Shown here piece after piece: positions 53,928-62,745 of a stretch of 64,000 nucleotides of DNA. Every line of letters begins with the position of its first letter. The stretch's first letter is position 1. This DNA is from an uncultured Planctomycetota bacterium (lineage in GTDB: Bacteria > Planctomycetota > Planctomycetia > Gemmatales > Gemmataceae), in assembly GCA_963849325.1 (NCBI GenBank), contig CAWKHF010000002.1:736001-800000 (forward strand), read 5' to 3'. The notes beneath the pieces are model-generated. The model was not told where the DNA came from. It saw nothing but the letters and a program-made list of their open reading frames with translations, and did no database searches. Position numbers and translations under genes: made by a program.

Positions 53928-54965
53928 TTGACCCAATACCTTATGCCATCCCTCGTCGAAACCCGTTTGGCTCCGCGCTGGCTGCACGCCTGGGCCGTCC
54001 TCACAGCCGCCGCGACCGTGGCGTTGCTGGCCCTCGGCGCGATCGTGACGACGTTCCAGGTCGGCATGGCGGATCCGGTTTGGCCGACGGTCCCCTGGCA
54101 CCTGGCGCTCATCGATTGGCGCGAGCCGAATCCGGGATTTGTGATCGAGCACACGCATCGCTTGGCCGGCTACATCGTCGGGTGTTGCGTCATCGTGCTG
54201 GCCGGCGGACTGTGGTTGTCGGCGCGGCGTGCCTGGCTGAGATGGCTGGGTCTGATTGCTCTCGGCGGCGTGATCGCGCAGGGACTGCTCGGCGGCTTCC
54301 GCGTGGTGTTGCATGTCTTGCTGGGCACGAACCTGGCCGTCATCCACGGCTGTTTCGCTCAGGTAGTGTTCAGCCTGCTCGTGAGTTTAGCTGTCCTTAC
54401 CTCGGCTCGATTCGCCGACGCGATGCTACCCGTCGAAGAAGCGCCGCGTCTGCGCCGCGGGGCGTTGACGCTGACGCTCGTGGTCTTCCTGCAACTGGTG
54501 TGGGGCGCCCTGGTTCGGCACATGAACGGAGCACTGGCCCAGCGCTTCCATTTCCTGACGGCTTTCGCCGTCGTGGCGGTCGCCGCGTGGCTGACTCATG
54601 GTGTGCTGATGAGTCCGTCGGCTCGCAGGTTGCTCGGGCGCGGTTTGATTGTGCTTGGCGTCTTGCTGGTCTTGCAGGTCATGCTCGGGGTCGAAAGCTG
54701 GCTGGGCAAGTACAGCGGCGTGTTGCTGCCGGAGTTGCACAAGCCGACCATCGCGCAGGCGGTGGTTCGCGTCAGTCACGTCCTGGTCGGGTCTTTTATC
54801 CTGGCCACGTCGGTCGTCTTGACGGTCCTCGCGTATCGCCCGGCGACGGCAGCCGCATCGGCGACGGAGGACGAGCGAGAGCGCGGGGCGGAGACGAGTT
54901 ACTTGCCGGCGGCCGGGCTGACCGGGATCCCCAACATCGTACAGCAACTGGAAGGGACCGTATGA
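53928..54965 (+). CDS. ctaA: Heme A synthase (COX15/CtaA)
   Basis: GMADPVWP, IEHTHRLAG, QGLLGG, IHG, WGALVRH, SHVLVG. Confidence 0.88.
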   Translation: MTQYLMPSLVETRLAPRWLHAWAVLTAAATVALLALGAIVTTFQVGMADPVWPTVPWHLALIDWREPNPGFVIEHTHRLAGYIVGCCVIVLAGGLWLSARRAWLRWLGLIALGGVIAQGLLGGFRVVLHVLLGTNLAVIHGCFAQVVFSLLVSLAVLTSARFADAMLPVEEAPRLRRGALTLTLVVFLQLVWGALVRHMNGALAQRFHFLTAFAVVAVAAWLTHGVLMSPSARRLLGRGLIVLGVLLVLQVMLGVESWLGKYSGVLLPELHKPTIAQAVVRVSHVLVGSFILATSVVLTVLAYRPATAAASATEDERERGAETSYLPAAGLTGIPNIVQQLEGTV

Positions 54966-55886
54966 AGGCGGCCGTCAGCGTTTGCGCCGAAGCACCTGCC
55001 TTGGCCCGTCCGCGCCTGGCGGACTACGTCGAGTTGGCCAAGCCGCGCGTGATCGTGCTCGTGCTGTTCACCGTCGGCGCCGGCGTGCTGCTGGCCAGCG
55101 GCCGGGACTTGCAATTCCTCGTGCTGCTGCACACCGTCCTCGGCACCACCCTGGTTGCGGCCGGCGCAGTGCCATCAACCAGTGGTTCGAGCGCGACAGC
55201 GACGCCCTCATGCGGCGCACCGAGAAACGTCCTCTGCCCTCGGGCCGCCTGCAAGCGGTGGAAGTGTTCTGCTTCGGCTTGCTGCTCGGCCTGGGCGGTG
55301 TGATGTACCTGGTCCTGACGCTGGGTCAAATCGCCGCGGCGCTGGCGGCGGCGCTGACCTTCGTGCTGTACGTCGCCGTGTATACGCCATTGAAGCGGCG
55401 GACGCCGCTCAACACGCTGGTCGGCGCCGTGCCGGGCGCGCTGCCGCCGATCATCGGCTGGTGCGCCGTGCGCGGCGACATCACGCGCGAGGCCGGCGTG
55501 CTGTTCCTGATCCTGTTTCTCTGGCAGGTGCCGCACTTCCTCGCCATCGCCTGGATCTACCGCGACGAGTACGCCCGCGCCGGCCTGTGCATGTTGCCCG
55601 TCGTCGATCGCGACGGCCGGCGCACCAGCCAGCACATGGTCCTTTACTGTCTCGCCCTGCTGCCGTCAGCCTGCAGCCGGTGCTGTTCGGTAGCGCCGGC
55701 CTGCTCTATCTTGGCGGCGCCGTGCTGCTGGGACTGACGTTCCTGGCCACCGCCGTCGGCTTCCAGCGCGGACGCTCGCTGGGCCAGGCCCGGCGCGTCT
55801 TGCGGGCCTCGCTGTTGTATCTGCCCGGCCTGCTCGTCCTGCTGTTGTTGGATCGGGCTTTACCCTGGCTGTTCGTCTCTCCCTGA
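54962..55886 (+). CDS. ctaB: Protoheme IX farnesyltransferase (two frameshifts)
   Basis: LAKPRV, NQWFERDSDALMRRTEKRPLPSG, YTPLKR, GAVPGALPP, WQVPHF. Confidence 0.92.
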
Positions 55887-55928
55887 GGCGGACGCCGGAT
55901 CAACCTCACCCTCAGCAACCCAACCATT

Positions 55929-56868
55929 ATGACACAGGTCGTCTTCGACAAGCCGCAGGAACACATGGGGTTGCCGCTGCCTCACGGCAAGGTGGCCATG
56001 TGGCTGTTCCTCGTCACCGAAATCATGTTCTTCACCGCCCTCATCGGCGTCTACATCATCCTGCGTAACGGCACACCGGCCAGCTACACCAGCACCGCCT
56101 ACCGTTGGCCGCGACCGCACGAGGTCCACCTGATCGAGTGGATTGGCGCGCTGAACACGTTCGTGCTCATTTGCAGCAGCTTCACCGTCGTCCTGGCCCA
56201 CCATGCGGCGGTCAAGGGCGAGATGAAGAACGTGATCACGCTACATTGCCATCACCCTGGTGCTGGGCGCCGTTTTCCTCGGCATCAAGGCGTACGAGTA
56301 CAATGCCAAGTTCCAGCACGACATCCTGCCCGGCCACATCGGCGAGAGCTTGCCCGGCCTGAACGTCGAGCGCGAGAAGGACTACAATCCGACCGGAATG
56401 CAGTACGTTCATCGCGTCCGCGAACAACTCCAGGCGATCGGGAAAGATAGCGGCGCCGACGCCAAGCTGAAAGAGGATTGCGCCGCCCTGCTGGCCGACA
56501 TGGACGGCAAGATGGCCGCACTCAAGGACGAGAACGGCAAGGCGGTCGAGGTTTATCAAAGCCCCCTCAGCCCGGCCCGTGTCGGCGAACGGGTCAACCA
56601 CATCCTGCACGAACACGAGGCCAAGGAGCCGCACCTGACGCCGGCGATCCCGTTCGGCAACCTGTGGGCGTCGTGCTATTTCGCCATGACCGGCTTCCAC
56701 GCCCTGCACGTTTTCGGCGGCATCGTCATTTTCGTCATTATCCTGTTCATGGGCCTGGTCGGCCGGCTCGGGCCGCAGCACGCCTGCATGCTGGAGCTGA
56801 CCGGCCTGTACTGGCACTTCGTCGATATCGTGTGGATCTTCTTGTTCCCGTTGCTCTATCTGGTTTGA
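55929..56868 (+). CDS. coxC: Cytochrome c oxidase subunit III with large periplasmic insertion (frameshift near 56240)
   Basis: [49 protein letters not shown]. Confidence 0.92.
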
Positions 56869-56905
56869 CCGAATTACCTCCTCTCGCTCCGCAGGAGATG
56901 ATGCC

Positions 56906-57286
56906 ATGACCGATACCGGACACGCGACGACCGACGATGCCGCCCATGACATGCGGGTCAAGGCGTACTTCACGGTGTTCATCGCCCTGTCGGTGTTCAC
57001 CGCCGTCTCCTTCGTCGCCAACTGGGCGGCGCACCCGGAGCGAGGCTGGATCACTCTGCATACCAGTTTCGCCATCATTCTCGGCGTGGCCGTCATCAAG
57101 GCGTTCCTGGTCGGCCTGATCTTCATGCACCTGAAGTACGACTGGGGCAAGGTCTATTTCATCATCGTGCCGATTTTCATTCTCGGCGTCATGATGATGA
57201 TGGTGCTGATGCCGGACATCGTCATCGCCTGGCAGCCAAGCCAGCATCCGCTGGAGCCGCCCGTGTCCACGACCGGGACGCGCTGA
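56906..57286 (+). CDS. Cytochrome c oxidase subunit IV family protein
   Basis: YFTVFIAL, IKAFLVGLIFMHLKYD. Confidence 0.85.
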   Translation: MTDTGHATTDDAAHDMRVKAYFTVFIALSVFTAVSFVANWAAHPERGWITLHTSFAIILGVAVIKAFLVGLIFMHLKYDWGKVYFIIVPIFILGVMMMMVLMPDIVIAWQPSQHPLEPPVSTTGTR

Positions 57287-57287
57287 A

Positions 57288-57350
57288 TCCTCGTTTCGCC
57301 GCGATGCGCAGCAGAGCGCGGCTCCGCTGCGCGTCGCGGCGAAACGAGGA
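57288..57350. repeat. Palindromic repeat, family A
   Basis: TCCTCGTTTCGCCGCGATGCGCAGC...GCTGCGCGTCGCGGCGAAACGAGGA. Confidence 0.9.
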
Positions 57351-57361
57351 AGGACATCGGT

Positions 57362-58443
57362 ATGTATCTCATCCTCTTCCGGCGACTCTCCCTCGTCCTT
57401 CCGCTTTTCTTCTGTCTATCCGCCGCCGCGCCTGCCGAGGACGACCTCGGCGCGGTCGGCGATTCGCGCTGACCGAGCGCAGCGGCCAGACCGATCCGCA
57501 ATGACCGACCTGCTCGGCAAGGTGTGGATCGCCTCGTTCGTGTTCACGCGCTGCACGGCCGGCTGCCCTCAGATCAGCACGACGATGAAGCGGCTGCAAG
57601 GCGACCTGAGCGGCTACCCCGACGTCCGGCTCGTCACCTTCACCGTGGATCCCGAGCACGACGACCCTGGAGAACTGAGCCGATACGCCGACGCTTATGG
57701 CGCCGACCCCGAGCGCTGGCTGTTCCTGACCGGCGAAGCGAGACGAAATCTATCCGCTGTTGGAGAAGACGTTTCACCTGCCCGCTCGGCCCAACGAGGG
57801 GTCGGCGCAAGTCCGGCGGCGAGGTGATGCACAGCTCGAAGTTGGTCCTCGTGGACCGCCAGGGCCACATCCGCGGCTATTTCGAGGGGATGCCGCGATC
57901 CGCGCGCCGGACAGCCGAGGCGGAGTATCGAGGCCAACCTCGAGAAACTGAAGGCGAAGGTCGCGTCGCTGCTCCATGACGCCTGGTATCTGCCCGGCGA
58001 TTTCCCGCGTTTCAACGCCGCGCTCAACGCCGCCAGCGCCGTGCTGCTGGTGCTGGGGTACGCCGCCATCCGCCGGCGACTCGTCCGGCTGCACGTCGTC
58101 TGCATGTTGTCGGCCCTGTGCGTCTCGGCGGTATTTCTGACGGCGTACCTGTACTATCACGGCGTCATCAAGCACGGCCGGTCCACGCTCTTCGCTGAGC
58201 AAACGAGCCACGCTCATCCACCGTCCTGGGTGGGTATCGTCTACAACATCGTCCTGTGGACGCACATCCCCGCTGGCGGGTATCGTCGTGCCGCTGGCTT
58301 TATTCACGGCGTATCAGGGTCTGCGCGGCCGATTCGCCCGACACAGGAGCGTCGCCGCTGGACGCTGCCGATCTGGCTGTACGTGTCCGATCACCGGCGT
58401 CGTCGTCTACTGGATGCTGTATCGGCTCTATCCTTCGCCGTGA
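57362..58443 (+). CDS. SCO1/SenC copper chaperone fused to DUF420 membrane domain (several frameshifts)
   Basis: FVFTRCTAGCP, TVDPEHD, HSSKLVLVD; in-frame link EKLKAKVASLLHDAWYLPGDFPRFNAALN to DUF420 YLYYH, PIWLYVS, GVVVYWML. Confidence 0.8.
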
Positions 58444-58478
58444 GCGCGGGCTACAATACGTCGGAAGAGGAGAACGAT

Positions 58479-58806
58479 ATGCGTGCTGTGTGCCTGGCTG
58501 CTGGGTTTGTTGCTGTTCGTCGTGTTGCTGGCCCAGCCGCGTTCGGTGTACGCTTGCCCCTCCTGACAGGAAGCGATCGGCGCCTCCGGTTCGGAGGAAG
58601 ACGACGACCCGCTCCGCGAAGCTCGCGCCTACAACCAAAGCATCTACCTGATGGTGGGGATGCCTTATCTCTTGCTCGGTGCGGTCGGCTTCCTGATCTA
58701 CCGTGGTCTCAAGCAGAAGGCCCTGGCCGAACAGCAGGCCGTGCCGCCTCTCTCTGGCGAAGGAGACCGCTCATGTTCGACCCGATCAATCGCAGACGCT
58801 TCGTAG
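58479..58806 (+). CDS. Small exported membrane protein with C-P-S-[TGA], candidate CxxU selenoprotein
   Basis: RBS GAGGAG; frame from 58483 reads VLCAWLLGLLLFVVLLAQPRSVYA^CPS*QEAIGASGSEEDDDPLREARAYNQSIYLMVGMPYLLLGAVGFLIYRGLKQK..., open to TAG 58804; TGA at 58564-58566. Confidence 0.65.
58573..58613 (+). promoter_or_regulatory. Bacterial SECIS-like stem-loop
   Basis: Upper stem CCTCC(58583)/GGAGG(58597) with GGTTC loop ~22 nt after TGA; lower bulged stem GCG-A-TCG-G-CG / CG-A-CGA-CC-CGC. Confidence 0.55.
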
Positions 58807-60313
58807 CTCGCTCCCTGCAAGCGGGCGCCGTCGCCGCCCTCGGCGACTTCACTTTCCTGAACGGCCTGCCTGCTCCGGCCGCCGACGACAAGGGACCGCG
58901 CGCAAACTCGTTCCGCTCAGCGCCGAAATCGAACCGCTCGTCCGTCTCATCGAGGACACGCCGCGCGAGAAGGTCCTGGAGAGCATCGCCGCCGAGGTGC
59001 GCAAGGGCACCAGTTACGAGCAGCTGCTCAGCGCCGTGTTCCTGGCCGGCGTGCGCGGCATCCAACCGCGTCCGGTCGGCTTCAAGTTCCACGCCGTACT
59101 GGTCATCAACTCCGCTCATCTGGCCAGCCTGCGCGCCGCCGGACAAGGAGCGCTGGCTGCCGCTGTTCTGGGCCATCGATAACTTCAAATCGTCGCAGGC
59201 ACGCAACAAGGCGGAAGGCGACTGGCGCATGGCGCCCGTCGAGGAGAGCAAGCTGCCTGCCGCCGCACCGGGCCAAGCAGCACTTCATTGAGGCGATGGA
59301 CGATTGGGATGAGGAGGGTGCCGACCGCGCCGTCACGACGCTGGCGCGCACGGCCAGCGCCGAGCAGGTCTACGAACTGTTCTGGCGTTACGGCTGCCGC
59401 GATTTCCGCGACATTTGCCACAAGGCGATCTACGCCGCCAACTCGTGGCGCACCCTGCAAGCAATCGGCTGGCGGCACGCCGAGCCGGTGGTGCGTTCGC
59501 TGGCCTACGCCCTCCTCGACCGTGGCCGCGACGACAATCCCGCCGAGCACGACTACGACGCGGATCGTCCCTTCCGCGACAACCAGAAGCACGTCGCCGA
59601 CATCGGGCCGCTGTGGAAACAGCGACGGCGCGTGTCGGCGGAGGCGGCCGCCGACCTGCTGGCCGCGCTGCGCACCGCCAAGCCGGCCGAGGGAAGCGCG
59701 AAAGTCGTGGAACTGCTCCAGAAGGGTATTCACCCCGATTCGATATGGGACGGCCTGTTCCTTATGGCCGGCGAGCTGATTATGCGTCAGCCGGGCATTG
59801 TCGGCATCCACTGCGTCACCTCGACCAACGCCCTGCACTACGCCTACCAGACCAGCGTCCACGACGAGACGCGGCGGCTGTTGATGCTGCAATCGGCGGC
59901 GTTTTTGCCGATGTTTCGGCAAGCCATGACCGGCCGCGGCAAGCTCGCCGACGTGAAAATCGACAAGCTGGAAAAGGCGGAGATCAAGGGTGAGCCGTGC
60001 GAGGCCGTCGAGGAGATTTTCGCCGACGTGAGCAAGGACCGCATGTTGGCGGCGCGCAAGACGCTGGCACTGATGGACGGCGATTCGTCGCGCTTCCCGC
60101 CGTTGGTGACGACGGCCGAGCGGCTGATTTTCAGCAAGGGACGCGATTCGCACGATTACAAGTTCAGCTCCGCCGCCCTGGAAGATTACTACCACGTGAC
60201 CGCGCCGTGGCGGGCGCGCTACGCCGCCTCGAGCATGTTCAACCTCAAGGGGACCGGCGACCGCGATAACAACCTGATCGAGCGCACGCGCGCCTGCGCT
60301 GGCAAAGGGGTAA
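58773..60313 (+). CDS. Conserved-looking hypothetical Tat-exported protein (several frameshifts)
   Basis: NRRRF twin-arginine; KFHAV, RDICHKAI, GIHCVTS, DSHDYKF His motifs. Confidence 0.7.
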
Positions 60314-60335
60314 GGCAAACCGAGTCCAACGGGAG

Positions 60336-60932
60336 GTGGGTACGATTTCACCTGTTATGGGTCCATTCTCCCTGGATCGAGTGGTGCGCGCCGTGGAACT
60401 GGTCCGTCAGCGGTTACTGCGAGCGACCGCCGCCCTGGAGACGGCCGGCATCCCTTACGCCGTGGCCGGCGGGAACGCCGTCGCGCTGTGGGTCTCCCGG
60501 GTCGATGTCTCCGCGGTTCGCAATACCAGCGACGTCGATCTGCTGGTCCGGCGGTCGGACCTCGAAGCGATCCGGGCGGCGCTGGCCACCGCCGGCTTTG
60601 ATTATCGCCACGTGGCTGGCATCGATCTGTTCCTGGACGGCCCTGAAGGGAAGGCCCGAGACGGGGTCCACTTGATCTTCGACGGGGAGACCGTCCGACC
60701 CGGTGAGCCGCTGCCCAACCCGGCTGTCACGGAGTCCGTGGCGGGCGGCGACTATCGAGTGCTGAGTTTGCGAGCGTTGGTACAGATCAAGTTGACGGCC
60801 TATCGGGACAAGGACCGAACGCATTTGCGGGATCTTCTGGAAGTCGGGCTGGTCGATGCGAGTTGGTTACCGCTCTACCCAGTGGAGTTAGCGGATCGGT
60901 TGCGCGTCCTGATCGAGACGCCGGGAGGTTAG
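60336..60932 (+). CDS. Nucleotidyltransferase-fold protein (AbiEii/DUF6036-like)
   Basis: YAVAGGNAV, RNTSDVDLL, KLTAYRDKDRTHL. Confidence 0.75.
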   Translation: MGTISPVMGPFSLDRVVRAVELVRQRLLRATAALETAGIPYAVAGGNAVALWVSRVDVSAVRNTSDVDLLVRRSDLEAIRAALATAGFDYRHVAGIDLFLDGPEGKARDGVHLIFDGETVRPGEPLPNPAVTESVAGGDYRVLSLRALVQIKLTAYRDKDRTHLRDLLEVGLVDASWLPLYPVELADRLRVLIETPGG

Positions 60933-61011
60933 CCGCAAGCAGCTGGATAGACTGCTTTAGTGCCGAGCAATGGAGATTGTCCGGTTGTTCGGCCAGGAAG
61001 GAGTTTCTGCC

Positions 61012-61209
61012 ATGACAGCGATCACTATCCCCCTCTCGGAAGAACGCTTGGCTCAATTGCGCCTGCGGGCGGGGCAAGTAGGGCTGGCCCCCGAAGAATT
61101 CTTGCGCCGCCAGGTCGAACAGCTTCTGGACCGGCCCGATGAGCCGTTCTACCAAGCCGCTGCTTATGTCCTGCGGAAGAACGCCGAACTGTATCGGCGG
61201 CTGGCATGA
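61012..61209 (+). CDS. Antitoxin, RHH-like
   Basis: MTAITIPLSEE...KNAELYRRLA; overlaps doc by ATGA. Confidence 0.8.
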   Translation: MTAITIPLSEERLAQLRLRAGQVGLAPEEFLRRQVEQLLDRPDEPFYQAAAYVLRKNAELYRRLA

Positions 61210-61631
61210 TCCGCTACCTAACCTTGGAGGAGGTCTTGGAACTGCACCGCCTGGCCTTGGAACAATCCGGGGGCCTGGAGGGAGTTCGGGATCTCGGCGG
61301 CGTGGACTCGGCACTTGCCCAGCCGCAAATAACGTTCGGCGGCCAGGAGTTGTATCCGAGTCTGGCCGAGAAGGCGGCGACGATGGGGCTGTCGTTGGTG
61401 TGCAACCACCCGTTCCTGGACGGCAATAAGCGCGTCGGGCACGCGGCGATGGAGACGTTCCTGGTACTTAACGGGTGGGAGTTGGCGGCGAGCGTTGACG
61501 AGCAGGAACAAGTGATTCTGCGGCTGGCGGCAGGTCGTCTGAAGCGTGATGAGTTTACGGCTTGGGTGCAGTCGCATCTGCAACAGCGGCCGGCGGAACC
61601 AAGCGCTACAGCGGACCAGCCGAGCCAATAA
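61206..61631 (+). CDS. doc: Death-on-curing (Fic/Doc) toxin
   Basis: GVRDLG, SALAQP, YPSLAEKAA, NHPFLDGNKR. Confidence 0.92.
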   Translation: MIRYLTLEEVLELHRLALEQSGGLEGVRDLGGVDSALAQPQITFGGQELYPSLAEKAATMGLSLVCNHPFLDGNKRVGHAAMETFLVLNGWELAASVDEQEQVILRLAAGRLKRDEFTAWVQSHLQQRPAEPSATADQPSQ

Positions 61632-61673
61632 CGAGAGGAAATACGCACCAGCCCGCTGACGCTGTCGGTTCGC

Positions 61674-62729
61674 CTACTCCGGTAATTCTAGGCACGCCAG
61701 CGTCGCGTCCAGTGCAGGCGCTGGGCACGACCACACCAAAAAGAACATTGCTTGCCGCGCCCAGCGCTGGGCGGGATGAGAGCGGAGGAAGCCGGCGCCC
61801 TTGCCGGCCGCCAGGGCGAACTGTGTCACGCGCAGCACCAAGGCGTTGACCTTCGCGCGCAGATGGCTCGCTGCCTGGGCGTCGGCCCCATCGCGGGCCA
61901 GGCGGCGCAACTGTCCTTGCAGAACCTCCCAACTTTCGGCGCACGCCGTCGCCCGCGCTCGCCATTCCGTCCGCTTGTCCGCCTCCCGTTCCAGGTAGGC
62001 GATGGCCGACTTCGCCAACCCCAGCGCCAGCCCGGACGTCTCCAGCCCGCCGGCGCCGCGCCCTCCCGCCAGGACGCGCTCGGCGGGACCGGCCAGCACC
62101 CACTTGCGATCGAGCCGCACGTCGTCGCAGCGGACTTCCGCGGTGAGCGATCCTTGCAGCGCCATCAGTTCCAGCGGCGGGCCGACGCTCAAGCCCGGCG
62201 TCTGGCGCGGCACGACCAGCAACATCTGCCGGCCGTCTTCCAGCACGACGCCGGTGATGAAGTGGTCCGCCCGCGACGCCCCCGTCACCCAGGGCATGAC
62301 GCCATCCAGCCGCACGCCGCCATCGTCGAGCCGGGCGACCAGGACCGGCCGCACGTGCTGACGAGATGTTGTCAGTTGCGCCAGGCCGACCGTGGCGAAG
62401 CGCTCGCCGGATGCCAGGGCCGGCAGCAATTCGCGGCACAAGGCCTCGTTGCCGCTGTCGCGCAGCCGCCGGCAGGCAGAGTCGCGCTGGCTGAGCAAGA
62501 AGCACGTCGTCAGGCAGGCGCCGGCGAGGCGCTGGTAGCCTTCGAGCAATTCCAGCGGGTCGAGTCCCGAGCCGCCGTACTCGCGCGGGATGATCCAGCC
62601 TTGTACGCCGCCGCGGCGCAGGGCGTCCCACGAGGAGGCCGGCCAGGACGCTTCCCCGTCGGCCGTGCCAGCGTGCGCCTGCAAAACGGTCAAGACGTCA
62701 TCGAGTGTCAGAGCATCCGCACGAGACAT
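61674..62729 (-). CDS. Acyl-CoA dehydrogenase family protein
   Basis: IPREYGG, LPALASGERFATVG, LDGVMPWVTG, HPAQRWARQA. Confidence 0.8.
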   Translation of the reverse strand: MSRADALTLDDVLTVLQAHAGTADGEASWPASSWDALRRGGVQGWIIPREYGGSGLDPLELLEGYQRLAGACLTTCFLLSQRDSACRRLRDSGNEALCRELLPALASGERFATVGLAQLTTSRQHVRPVLVARLDDGGVRLDGVMPWVTGASRADHFITGVVLEDGRQMLLVVPRQTPGLSVGPPLELMALQGSLTAEVRCDDVRLDRKWVLAGPAERVLAGGRGAGGLETSGLALGLAKSAIAYLEREADKRTEWRARATACAESWEVLQGQLRRLARDGADAQAASHLRAKVNALVLRVTQFALAAGKGAGFLRSHPAQRWARQAMFFLVWSCPAPALDATLACLELPE

Positions 62730-62745
62730 GGCGTACTGACTCCAC

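Noticed and set aside
346-60313. Mass pseudogenisation or programmed frameshifting
   Set aside because: Affects conserved genes at random positions with no consistent slippery motif; sequencing error is simpler.
60336-60932. AbiE/type IV TA system
   Set aside because: No cognate AbiEi antitoxin adjacent; the downstream small gene pairs with doc.
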